The notes under the pieces: model-generated
The model's database searches: none
What the model was told of the DNA's origin: nothing
What the model saw: the letters and a program-made list of their open reading frames with translations, nothing else
Shown: in pieces, positions 1 through 8,123 of the stretch
Position numbering within the stretch: the stretch's first letter is position 1
Layout of the letters: the number at the start of each line of letters is the position of its first letter
Assembly: GCA_037133395.1 (NCBI GenBank)
Contig: JBAXOG010000006.1
Coordinates: 1,036 to 65,035 of the forward strand
Length of the DNA stretch: 64,000 nucleotides
From: a bacterium
GTDB taxonomy: Bacteria; Verrucomicrobiota; Kiritimatiellia; RFP12; UBA1067
Direction of reading: 5' to 3'
Position numbers and translations under genes: made by a program

Positions 1-1245
1 CCATTCCAGCGTGATGGGATATCTCGTACACTCTTTTAAAAAGCGCACATTGTTGAAGGCGGTAATTCCTTTACGCATCAGCATCAATGTGGCAGTGGAT
101 AGCGACTCAATTCCCGGCTGTAGCCAAGAGACACCGCCACGGCATAACGCTTCAATATCCGAAGCAGATAAATCCGACCGCACTTCATAACGCATTGCAA
201 CCCCTGCAGGCGGCGACAATTTTGAGAACACCTCACGCGGGTAATCCGGCGGCATTAAGTTGTCTACCGCTATCATAAATCTCGACCTTGGGACATAGTT
301 CCACAAAGCATTAATCTGTTGAATGGCACATTCAGCCTGCATCTGTCGATAGTGCGCATTCAAGCCATTGAGTCCACAGAAACGACACGCCTGTCCTTGT
401 GCCCGCAGGCACCCGCGTGACGTCTCAAATAATAATACAGGCGTTCGCTGTGGATTTGGAAATAAGCGCTCGTGGGCATCTAAAAATTCGCTGTACTCTG
501 GAATAACATTCGCATTAATATCTAAATCATCTCCCAAGGGGGCCAAAGTACCTGCACGACCATCACCCCATAAGGCGCGATTCGTTTTAGAAAAAACGCC
601 ATGAATATGGTTACAGCCTTCAATATTGCCAGCCAACATACACCGAATAAAATCAGGGAAGCTCACAAGTGCAGGTCCGGAAAAACAGTAATCGATGTGC
701 CTCACACGTTCGACATAAACGTGGCCCATCTCCCCCTCACACGCGGACCCTCCCAAAACGATGATGAGCCTGGGGTTTCGTCGTTTCAAGAGGCGGGCTA
801 ATGCCAATGATGCTACTGTTTGTGAAAAGAGGAGCGTGAAACCGACAATATTCGCCTCCGCCAGATGATGACAATCGATTAATTCCTCAAGATACGCCTC
901 GAGCAGAGACCGTTGCCGCAGGATAAATTCCCGCACCTTAACGATAGAAGGACTATTTCCATGATAGTACCGCCTCAAATAAGCATCGGTATTATCGTCA
1001 CGCTCAGGGAACGCCACCGCGCTAAATAACCATTCCCCGGCATCGGTCATGAATCCATGCGGTGAATACGGGTGATGATAGAGCTCTGTATCACCCACTA
1101 TTTTGGCGAAATCTAAATTTAGATAATGCGTTGTCACACGCACCTGATCCCCAAGCTGCGCGTGCAACACCGTTTCAAGCTGGGCCAATCCGAGTGACGG
1201 AAGACACGTCATGGCAAACGGCATATTAACCAGTGCTATTTTCAT
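1..1245 (-). CDS. B12-binding-domain radical SAM enzyme of the RiPP-maturation type (N-terminal 415 codons; gene continues beyond left edge)
   Basis: Absent from the ORF track because it has no stop inside the window. Hand translation from ATG (1245..1243) gives MKIALVNMPFAMTCLPSLGLAQLETVLH... and stays open to position 1. It contains ...LLFETSRGCLRAQGQACRFCGLNG..., a C-x7-C-x2-C cluster typical of the 'RiPP maturation radical SAM protein 1' class. An in-frame upstream ATG at 1290 is an alternative start. Confidence 0.7.
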   Translation of the reverse strand, partial: MKIALVNMPFAMTCLPSLGLAQLETVLHAQLGDQVRVTTHYLNLDFAKIVGDTELYHHPYSPHGFMTDAGEWLFSAVAFPERDDNTDAYLRRYYHGNSPSIVKVREFILRQRSLLEAYLEELIDCHHLAEANIVGFTLLFSQTVASLALARLLKRRNPRLIIVLGGSACEGEMGHVYVERVRHIDYCFSGPALVSFPDFIRCMLAGNIEGCNHIHGVFSKTNRALWGDGRAGTLAPLGDDLDINANVIPEYSEFLDAHERLFPNPQRTPVLLFETSRGCLRAQGQACRFCGLNGLNAHYRQMQAECAIQQINALWNYVPRSRFMIAVDNLMPPDYPREVFSKLSPPAGVAMRYEVRSDLSASDIEALCRGGVSWLQPGIESLSTATLMLMRKGITAFNNVRFLKECTRYPITLEW

Positions 1246-1328
1246 TTTTTCCAGTTTCCCAAAAAATAGGGGACATGTCCACTTGTTCATGATAAAAACT
1301 GAGTTATACGCATTGCGTCAAAAGAAAT

Positions 1329-1357
1329 GACACCAGAAAATCGACACCAGAAAATCG
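1329..1357. repeat. Tandem direct repeat ACACCAGAAAATCG x2 in the divergent rSAM / histidine-kinase promoter region
   Basis: Two perfect adjacent copies (1330-1343 and 1344-1357) read directly. Position suggests a regulator binding site; function unknown. Confidence 0.6.
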
Positions 1358-1482
1358 GTGATTGACTATTTTGCCTCCCTCCAGCATAATAAATGTCAAC
1401 GATATGGCATGTATAACATTCCGTATTTACAACAAAGTAGGTGTGCGATCTATTAGTGAATAAGTTGTGGAATGCAAATTAA

Positions 1483-3510
1483 ATGATAAGAACCCTAATA
1501 AACATCTTTAAGGCTAAGCGTTGTGAGCAATCATGCACAACGGAAAGCAAAATAGATGAGCAGACCATAGCCTGCTCATCTTGTCAGAAGTCCCAGGATC
1601 TTGCTGATTGTAAATGTACAGATGATAAATCGCTTGCGCTCGAGACGTTAAGCCAACGACTTATTAAATACCTGCCACAACGTATCTTTGTGAAAGACCG
1701 TAATCTTGTATATGTATTTTGCAATGAAAACTACGCCAGCGACTTAGGGATCAAGCCTGAGCAGATCATCGGTAAAAATGACTTCTCCTTTTACTCGGCC
1801 GAACAAGCGGAAGCCTATCGTGCTGCCGATCAGGCTGTAATGGACAGCAACCAAACAAAAGATTTTGATGAGCAGTATTCAATTGCTGGGGTGACTCGAT
1901 GGGTACACACATCCAAAATGCCGTACTACGACGAACAGGGTCAGCTCGCTGGGGTACTGGGTATCTTTGAAGACATCACCGAACGTAAGCACGCCGAGGA
2001 GGAGTTGCGGAAAAGTAAAATACAACTCCTCGCGATTCTTGAATCCACCGCCGATGCTATTCTTGCAGTCAATGACAAAGGGAACGTCTTGCAAACCAAT
2101 CGTCAATTCAAAGAACTTTGGCGAATACCACAGTCTCTTATGGAAAGCGGCGATGACAGTGCTTTATTGAACTATGTGGTAAGTCAATTGAGCGATCCTG
2201 AGGCGTTCATTAAGAGAGTGATGGAAATCTACGATTCCGATGCGGATCCCATGGACACGTTCACGTTGAAAGACGGGCGCATCATCGAACGCTATTCCAT
2301 AGCGATAAAGATGAATGGAGAACGCATTGGGCGAGTGTGGTCCTTTCGTGATATCACCAACCGTAAGCACGTCGAGGATGAACTACAAAGACTAGACAAG
2401 CTTCAGAGTATTGGTACGCTAGCGGGCGGGATTGCACATGATTTCAATAACATCCTTCAAGGGTTATACGGAAACATCTCCTTTGTTAAAGAAGTGTTGC
2501 CGCAGGATCACCCTTGCTATGGATCCCTTGAAAAAGTAGAACAATCGATGCATCGCGCCGTGCGGCTTACCAAGCAGTTGCTGACGTTCGCCAAGGGTGG
2601 GGCGCCTATCAAGGAGATGTTTGATCTGGGACCTGTAATTGAAGAGACCGCGCGCTTTGATCTTTCCGGTAGTAATGTAAAACTTGTTTATAATCAAGCC
2701 GCCGATCTGTGGCGCATTAATGCGGACAAGGGGCAAATACAGCAAGTTGTTTCCAACCTCGTGATCAACGCTCGTGAAGCCATGCCTAATGGGGGCAATC
2801 TGCATATTACGTTGGAAAACGCCAACCTTGCGGCGGATACTGTTACCGTGATCAATCCTGGCAAATATGTGAAAGTCAGTGTGAAAGACGATGGTGCTGG
2901 TATAGCTCCAGAGGTAATCAAGCAAATTTTTAATCCTTATTTCACGACTAAAAAATTTGGCAAAGGGTTAGGGCTACCCACGGCCTGGTCTATCATGGCC
3001 AAGCACGATGGTTATATCGGTGTGGTTTCGGAGTTGGGAAAGGGTGCGGCTTTTACATTTCATTTACCCGCCTCTACATCTTTGTTGCCAGCAGAAACCA
3101 AACCATCAGACACAAAAGTTCAACCATCACCCCAACCCGCAAAAATTCTTGTGATGGATGATGAGGAAACGATTTGCGACCTTGTTTCCAAAATATTAAT
3201 AAGTAGTGGATATTCCGTCGCAACTGCTCTTGGTGGAAAGAGAGCCATTGCACTTTACAAACAGGCGCAAGAAGCCGGCGCACCTTTCGATCTGGTTCTT
3301 TTAGATCTAACCATTCCTGGCGAGCCTGGCGGCAAAGAAGTCATCAAAGAGCTTCAAGTGCTGGATCCAAAAGTTCGAGCCATTGTTTTCAGTGGCTACG
3401 CTGATAATCCTGTGATGGCCAATCCTACCGCATACGGATTCAAAGATGCCATTGCCAAACCCTATACTTCAAAAGCCTTACGCGAAACCGTAGCAAGGCT
3501 TTTACAATAG
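1483..3510 (+). CDS. Hybrid sensor histidine kinase: Cys-rich N-terminus, two PAS domains, HisKA/HATPase, C-terminal receiver
   Basis: H-box GIAHDFNNILQG. HATPase N/G boxes (NLVINAREAM, DDGAGI, GKGLGL). Receiver KILVMDDEE...DLVLLDLTIPG...K. PAS-like segments are followed by 'ITERKHAEEEL' and 'ITNRKHVEDEL'. Confidence 0.9.
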   Translation: MIRTLINIFKAKRCEQSCTTESKIDEQTIACSSCQKSQDLADCKCTDDKSLALETLSQRLIKYLPQRIFVKDRNLVYVFCNENYASDLGIKPEQIIGKNDFSFYSAEQAEAYRAADQAVMDSNQTKDFDEQYSIAGVTRWVHTSKMPYYDEQGQLAGVLGIFEDITERKHAEEELRKSKIQLLAILESTADAILAVNDKGNVLQTNRQFKELWRIPQSLMESGDDSALLNYVVSQLSDPEAFIKRVMEIYDSDADPMDTFTLKDGRIIERYSIAIKMNGERIGRVWSFRDITNRKHVEDELQRLDKLQSIGTLAGGIAHDFNNILQGLYGNISFVKEVLPQDHPCYGSLEKVEQSMHRAVRLTKQLLTFAKGGAPIKEMFDLGPVIEETARFDLSGSNVKLVYNQAADLWRINADKGQIQQVVSNLVINAREAMPNGGNLHITLENANLAADTVTVINPGKYVKVSVKDDGAGIAPEVIKQIFNPYFTTKKFGKGLGLPTAWSIMAKHDGYIGVVSELGKGAAFTFHLPASTSLLPAETKPSDTKVQPSPQPAKILVMDDEETICDLVSKILISSGYSVATALGGKRAIALYKQAQEAGAPFDLVLLDLTIPGEPGGKEVIKELQVLDPKVRAIVFSGYADNPVMANPTAYGFKDAIAKPYTSKALRETVARLLQ

Positions 3511-3532
3511 ACCTCCATTAACGCTACTAACA

Positions 3533-3562
3533 TTTCAATTGTGTGCTTTTCAATTGTGTGCT
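3533..3562. repeat. Perfect 15-bp tandem duplication TTTCAATTGTGTGCT x2, followed by a T-run
   Basis: Read directly. Lies between the kinase stop and the RayT-like gene. A third partial copy (TGCAATTG) is at ~3603. Confidence 0.7.
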
Positions 3563-3660
3563 CTTTTTGACTAAGGGACAGGTCTTTAGAATAAAAATGT
3601 GTTGCAATTGAGGGAAGAGGGGTGATATAGTGGGGGCGTTAATCAAGAGGAGGTGCTTTC

Positions 3661-4683
3661 ATGAGACATGCACGGGTGAAGGTTGAGGGCACGGGGTGTT
3701 ACCATGTGGTGAGCAGAATCGTGGATCGGAATTTCCGGCTTGATGATAAAGAGAAGGAGATCTTCCGCCGAATGATGCGCAGGGCTGAGATTTTTTCGGG
3801 CGTGAAGATTCTGACGTATGCGATTATGTCCAACCATTTTCATTTGCTTGTTGAGGTTCCAGAACGCGGGGAGGTGGATCAGGAGGAATTGCTCCGCCGG
3901 GTCTCCGCCCTGTATGGAGCGCTTTACACGGCAAACATGCTTAAACAATGGGCGGAATGGCGTAAGAATGGTGCAGCCTCTCTGGTCGAGGAACAACAGA
4001 ATCGACTTCGTCTGAGGATGGGGGACATCAGCGCTTTTGTGAAGACGCTCAAACAGCGCTACAGCATGTCCTACAACGCCCGATATCAGCGCAAAGGGAC
4101 GCTATGGGAGGAACGCTTCAAGAGCCTGTTGGTCGAGAATGGTGAGCCCGCAAGGGCAACAGTTGCGGCATATATCGACCTCAACCCCGTGCGCGCAGCA
4201 TGTGTTGGCGACCCGAAAGATTATCGTTGGAGCGGTTATGGCGAAGCTTGTGGCGGAGGGAAGTCCGCGCGAGCGGGGTTGATGGCTATTCATGAAAGCC
4301 GACCCTATCAACAGCCTGGTTCTTGGCGCTCTGTCAGCGAAAAATATCGCGTTCTGCTTTATGTCGAAGGAGAGGAACGTCACGCTGCCTACGGAGAACG
4401 AATTATCCGCAAGGGGATCACGAGCGAAACGGTCGGCCAGGTTATTGAAGCCAATGGCCGTTTGCCCCTTCCTCAAGTTTTACGGTGTCGTGTACGCTAT
4501 TTCACGGATGGTATGGCTTTTGGAGGGAGGGCATTCGTGGATCAGATCTTTGCGGATAATCGTCCGTTTTTCGGTCCGAAGCGGAAGGATGGTGCACGCA
4601 AGATGCGGATCGGCGAATGGGGCGGTCTTTATACTGCTCGGGCATTGCGTATCAGTCCGGTGAGCCTGCCCTTGACGAGCTGA
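3661..4683 (+). CDS. IS200/IS605-type Y1 (HUH) transposase-like protein, RayT/REP-associated class, with ~170-aa C-terminal extension
   Basis: HUH motif in ILTYAIMSNHFHLLVEV. Downstream block RYSMSYNARYQRKGTLWEERFKSLLV resembles the Tyr-containing W(Q/E)xRF motif of RayT-like proteins. RBS AAGAGGAGG precedes the ATG. No IS ends or tnpB were recognised. Confidence 0.75.
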   Translation: MRHARVKVEGTGCYHVVSRIVDRNFRLDDKEKEIFRRMMRRAEIFSGVKILTYAIMSNHFHLLVEVPERGEVDQEELLRRVSALYGALYTANMLKQWAEWRKNGAASLVEEQQNRLRLRMGDISAFVKTLKQRYSMSYNARYQRKGTLWEERFKSLLVENGEPARATVAAYIDLNPVRAACVGDPKDYRWSGYGEACGGGKSARAGLMAIHESRPYQQPGSWRSVSEKYRVLLYVEGEERHAAYGERIIRKGITSETVGQVIEANGRLPLPQVLRCRVRYFTDGMAFGGRAFVDQIFADNRPFFGPKRKDGARKMRIGEWGGLYTARALRISPVSLPLTS

Positions 4684-4701
4684 TCAGACGAACTCAAACC
4701 T

Positions 4702-5208
4702 ATGTTATACGAAACACCACATCATGAGCATCAAAACCCGTGCCTCAGCCCGGAAATCTTGAACGCGTTGAATGCCTATATCAACGAGCATTATTCACCT
4801 GAGGAGTCTGCAGCAGGCACGTGTGTTTGTGAAGCACCGGCGGAACTGACTGTCTATCTTGCTCGTGCAGATATCTCGTTCTCGCGACGGCTTTTTCAAT
4901 TTATTAGGAAGAGCGGCTTGGATGAAGTCGAAATTTATAAGCGCGCGCACGTGGACCGTAAGCTCTTCTCAAAAATTCGGAGCGATCCGAACTATCAGCC
5001 CAAAAAGGCAACCGTGATTGCCTTTGCCCTAGCCTTACGCCTGTCGTTGGGGGAGACGCGGGATCTTCTATCCTCTGCTGGCTTTGCACTGTCTAACAGT
5101 ACACCCTTTGACTTGATCATCCGATACTTCGTCGAACGTAACGTGTACGATCTTTTTATGATCAACGATGCATTGTACACCTTTGAGCAGCCTGTTCTCA
5201 TGAATTAA
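4702..5208 (+). CDS. XRE-like helix-turn-helix protein (uncharacterised family)
   Basis: Core ...EVEIYKRAHVDRKLFSKIRSDPNYQPKKATVIAFALALRLSLGETRDLLSSAGFALS... is an HTH layout I recognise from small regulators, often annotated next to macro-domain proteins. Only an 18-nt gap after the RayT-like gene. Confidence 0.5.
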   Translation: MLYETPHHEHQNPCLSPEILNALNAYINEHYSPEESAAGTCVCEAPAELTVYLARADISFSRRLFQFIRKSGLDEVEIYKRAHVDRKLFSKIRSDPNYQPKKATVIAFALALRLSLGETRDLLSSAGFALSNSTPFDLIIRYFVERNVYDLFMINDALYTFEQPVLMN

Positions 5209-5219
5209 ACATTTCTAAA

Positions 5220-5240
5220 ATGTCGCTTGCCAAGCGACAT
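5220..5240. promoter_or_regulatory. Perfect 21-bp palindrome ATGTCGCTTG-C-CAAGCGACAT between the HTH gene and the following gene
   Basis: All 10 arm positions pair (checked base by base). Candidate operator for the adjacent HTH protein, or a hairpin substrate for the HUH enzyme. Confidence 0.5.
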
Positions 5241-5325
5241 ATCTGTCTTCGACGTGTGATATGTTAATGTCGTTCTTGCGAATGGTTCGTGAGACAAAAC
5301 ATCAACATCATAAGAGGAGACAGAC

Positions 5326-5943
5326 ATGAATACAGACACCGACAATCAAATCAATACACAGAAACCCGCCGACGAAGAATCCGCGTTTCGCCCTTATCGT
5401 CCGCGTCTTTCGTTTTATCACGCAAACAGTAAAGGGACTGGTAGTGCCGTGCAGTTTGAAGTCATACCAGCGTGTGGCGAGCGCGACGGTGTGGTTTTTA
5501 TGACCCTTGCGCAACAGAAGAGCGTCGCTTCAGGATCGGATGCTCAGGGCAATCGTCAGTACGCCACCTTTGACTGGCAAAACCGTGTTATCGTAAAATT
5601 AAATTTCAGCGACCTCTGCCAGATGCTGTTGGTCTTCCGTGGGCTCGCCACAACCATTATGGACGGCAAGGGGCTGTATCATGACAGTCGTAACACAACG
5701 ACGTTAATCAACGTGACCCGGCAAGTCGAGCCCTATCCAGGTCTATCGCTCGATGTGTCTCGCCGAGGCAAGACCGAAGCCGAAGCTGCAGTTCGCGTTC
5801 GCATGATGTTCAATAACGCGGAGGCGTTCGGACTTGGAACCGTTCTGGAACAGAGCCTCGGGGTGCTCGCCTTTGGCATTCCGAAAGAAGCCATAAACGG
5901 TTCTGGTCCAGCACGGGTTGAGAGCAAACAGACTGTCTTATAA
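5326..5943 (+). CDS. Hypothetical protein; possible Whirly-like ssDNA-binding fold
   Basis: Strong RBS (AAGAGGAG) before the ATG. Segments GSAVQFEVIP..GVVFMTLA..YATFDWQNRVIVKLNFSDLCQMLLVF..LYHDS..GLSLDVS..VRVRMMFNNAEAFGL line up by eye with the plant Whirly pattern (KGKAAL..EP, YDWxxKQxFxLSxxExGxLI, FFHDP, FxxLSV, PxxxAEF). The CDS is likely; the function is speculative. Confidence 0.55.
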   Translation: MNTDTDNQINTQKPADEESAFRPYRPRLSFYHANSKGTGSAVQFEVIPACGERDGVVFMTLAQQKSVASGSDAQGNRQYATFDWQNRVIVKLNFSDLCQMLLVFRGLATTIMDGKGLYHDSRNTTTLINVTRQVEPYPGLSLDVSRRGKTEAEAAVRVRMMFNNAEAFGLGTVLEQSLGVLAFGIPKEAINGSGPARVESKQTVL

Positions 5944-5951
5944 TAGAGGAG

Positions 5952-5971
5952 GGACGAGCGCTTGCTCGTCC
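5952..5971. terminator. GC-rich hairpin GGACGAGC-GCTT-GCTCGTCC between convergent genes
   Basis: 8-bp perfect stem with a tetraloop, 9 nt after the stop of 5326..5943. No clear T-run. A second 8-bp hairpin (CTACGTTA-AGGTTG-TAACGTAG) lies at 5989-6010. Confidence 0.45.
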
Positions 5972-6078
5972 AACACACGCTGCCCCGCCTACGTTAAGGT
6001 TGTAACGTAGCAGGCGCGTGCCTCTCCCTGTCTTCCCCGATCATGCCAGTAATCCATTGACGTCATCGGCAATGGGCT

Positions 6079-7038
6079 TTACACGCCGATTCCTTCAAAG
6101 AGCACAGTCGAAAGATAACGCTCGCCAGCATCCGGCAGGATGACCACGATGGTTTTGCCTGCGAAGGCCTCGTCATTGGCCAAGCGCACAGCAGCCGCAG
6201 CGGCCGCACCGGACGAGATGCCGACAAGGATCCCCTCTTCGACAGCCAGTCGGCGTGCGAACGCGACAGCCTCTGCGCTCTCAACCTGTTCCACGCGATC
6301 GATGATGGAAAGATCCAGTGTGTCTGGAATAAAGCCTGCGCCGATACCTTGAATCTTATGCGGACCTGGCTTCAGTTCCAAGCCTGCTAGCTTCTGGCTG
6401 ATGACCGGGCTCTCTTTCGGTTCCACGGCCACAGAGATAATCGCCTTGCCCTTTACGTTCTTGATGAAGCGCGATACCCCGCTGATCGTACCGCCTGTGC
6501 CAACACCGGAAACAAACACATCAATCCCTCCGTCGGTGTCCGCCCAGATCTCAGGTCCGGTGGTTTGTTCGTGAATCGCCGGATTCGCTGGATTTTTAAA
6601 TTGCTGCGGCAGGAAGTAACGTGCGGGATCCGAAGCTGCGAGCTCCTCAGCCCGGCGGATAGCCCCCTTCATGCCTTCAGCACCGGGTGTCAGCACCAGA
6701 GTTGCGCCAAAGGCAGCCAGCACGCGGCGGCGCTCGATGCTCATGGTCTCGGGCATGGTCAGCGTCAGCTTGTACCCGCGCGCAGCAGCCACTGCGGCCA
6801 GCGCGATACCCGTGTTGCCGCTGGTGGGTTCGACGATCTCGACGCCGGGCTTGAGAACCCCGCGCTTCTCCGCGTCCCAGACCATGGCAGAGCCAATACG
6901 GCACTTGACAGAGTAAGCCGGATTGCGGCCTTCGATCTTGGCCAACACAGTTGCCTTCGCGCCCTGCGTGACCTTGTTCAGACGGACCAACGGCGTGTTG
7001 CCGATGGACAGTGCATTGTCAGTGTAGATTTTACTCAT
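6079..7038 (-). CDS. cysK: Cysteine synthase A (O-acetylserine sulfhydrylase)
   Basis: Near-colinear with E. coli CysK as I remember it: [21 protein letters not shown]..., SVKCRIG (PLP lysine), [28 protein letters not shown]. Confidence 0.95.
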   Translation of the reverse strand: MSKIYTDNALSIGNTPLVRLNKVTQGAKATVLAKIEGRNPAYSVKCRIGSAMVWDAEKRGVLKPGVEIVEPTSGNTGIALAAVAAARGYKLTLTMPETMSIERRRVLAAFGATLVLTPGAEGMKGAIRRAEELAASDPARYFLPQQFKNPANPAIHEQTTGPEIWADTDGGIDVFVSGVGTGGTISGVSRFIKNVKGKAIISVAVEPKESPVISQKLAGLELKPGPHKIQGIGAGFIPDTLDLSIIDRVEQVESAEAVAFARRLAVEEGILVGISSGAAAAAAVRLANDEAFAGKTIVVILPDAGERYLSTVLFEGIGV

Positions 7039-7070
7039 GTTCTTACTCCTTGTTCACGGTTTAGTCTTCT

Positions 7071-7094
7071 TTGTCTATTGAGATGGTTGACAAT
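7071..7094. promoter_or_regulatory. Candidate Rrf2 operator in the cysK promoter (TTGTCTATTGA; TTGTC-N13-GACAA dyad)
   Basis: Exact 11-mer TTGTCTATTGA at 7071-7081, shared with 23265-23275 and 23344-23354. Lies 33-56 nt upstream of the cysK ATG. Confidence 0.45.
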
Positions 7095-7145
7095 ATAACA
7101 AATGCCCTCGAGAAGCGCAATAATAATTTTTAATAATTCGAAATC

Positions 7146-7244
7146 GCAGGACTGGCCAAGGACTCCAAGACAGAGAGACTCTAAGACTAAAAGGTCTTTG
7201 ATGTCCTTCGTCTTTTTTTGAGTCTTGGCGTCTTCATGTCCTGC
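7146..7244. repeat. Composite palindromic intergenic element whose arms are built from AAGAC/GTCTT-type sub-repeats
   Basis: Outer clamp GCAGGAC...GTCCTGC. Left arm is ...CCAAGGACTCCAAGACAGAGAGACTCTAAGAC. Right arm GTCTTTGATGTCCTTCGTCTTTTTTTGAGTCTTGGCGTCTTC is its imperfect reverse complement. Confidence 0.8.
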
Positions 7245-7403
7245 GCCCTCAATCCAAGCAAGGACAACAGACAAATCTCTCCCCCGAGCGACAGTGTGCT
7301 TGACAGATACCCCGACGCTTCAGGAGATTAATACCCGCCTCATCGCCAATTGCGCAACAACCTGTTGCTCAATTACCTTTGGGTCACGTCTCAAAGTTAC
7401 CCT

Positions 7404-8123
7404 TTACCATTTTTCTGCATGGGAGAGGCCGAAAACCAAGAAGTCTTTGGCATCCTTGGCTAGCTCATTTTTACGCTCCTGCCAGTCTGGCAGGGCCCGG
7501 CCTAATGCTTGCCAGAAGGCGTGGCCATGATTGCGTTCGCGTAAGTGGATCAGCTCATGAAGGATGACATAGTCCACCAGTCGCACGGGAAGCTGGAGGA
7601 TCTTCCAGTTAAAGAAGAGAATGCCTTTCCGACCGCACGAACCCCACCTGAAGCCCAAATCACGGACATCCACGCCTGACGGCTGGCTTCCTGCGAGCCG
7701 GGAGAGTCTTTCAACCCTTCGCCGCAGCCACTCCATGCCTGTCTGGATGTACCAGCGCTGAAAGTGTTCTGCGGGCAATCCGCAATCGCTCTTTAATAAG
7801 AATCGCGTACCGTCGAACAGCAAGGGCGCTTCTTGACGTTTCACCATCTTTAGGCGGAAGCGCCGTCCGAGATAGCAGAATGATTCGCCGGACACGTATT
7901 CGGGTGAGCATATCTTGGGTAATGCCGCTTCTTTGAGCGCTAGTTTCCCGTGCACCCACAGAAGCTTCTTGTGTATCCAGTGGGAGAGTTCCCCGGTGGA
8001 GGTCTCAGTTGGAGCGTAAGCTACCAGCTCGCCGGCACGGCCCACGGTGAGCCCAAGGGTTTTGCGTCGGTCGCTGCGCCGCACCTCGAAGTTTAGGCCA
8101 CCGATTTGGAGTGCGTTGTTCAT
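7404..8123 (-). CDS. DUF45/YgjP-like (WLM/SprT-type) zinc metallohydrolase, last gene of the type I R-M operon
   Basis: HExxH motif in YVILHELIHLRERNHGHAFW. Its start overlaps the hsdR stop (ATGA at 8120-8123). Confidence 0.85.
   Translation of the reverse strand: MNNALQIGGLNFEVRRSDRRKTLGLTVGRAGELVAYAPTETSTGELSHWIHKKLLWVHGKLALKEAALPKICSPEYVSGESFCYLGRRFRLKMVKRQEAPLLFDGTRFLLKSDCGLPAEHFQRWYIQTGMEWLRRRVERLSRLAGSQPSGVDVRDLGFRWGSCGRKGILFFNWKILQLPVRLVDYVILHELIHLRERNHGHAFWQALGRALPDWQERKNELAKDAKDFLVFGLSHAEKW

Noticed and set aside
1304-1387. 27-aa minus-strand ORF (MLEGGKIVNHRFSGVDFLVSFLLTQCV) upstream of the radical SAM gene, considered as a RiPP precursor
   Set aside because: It has no RBS at proper spacing, overlaps the 14-bp tandem repeat, and shows no leader/core features. 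It cannot be supported from sequence alone.
7039-7403. Search for direct repeats, att-like scars or an integrase at the borders of the R-M island (7039-7403 versus 20108-20492)
   Set aside because: I could find no shared 10-mer or longer, and no recombinase gene. The insertion mechanism therefore remains unsupported.
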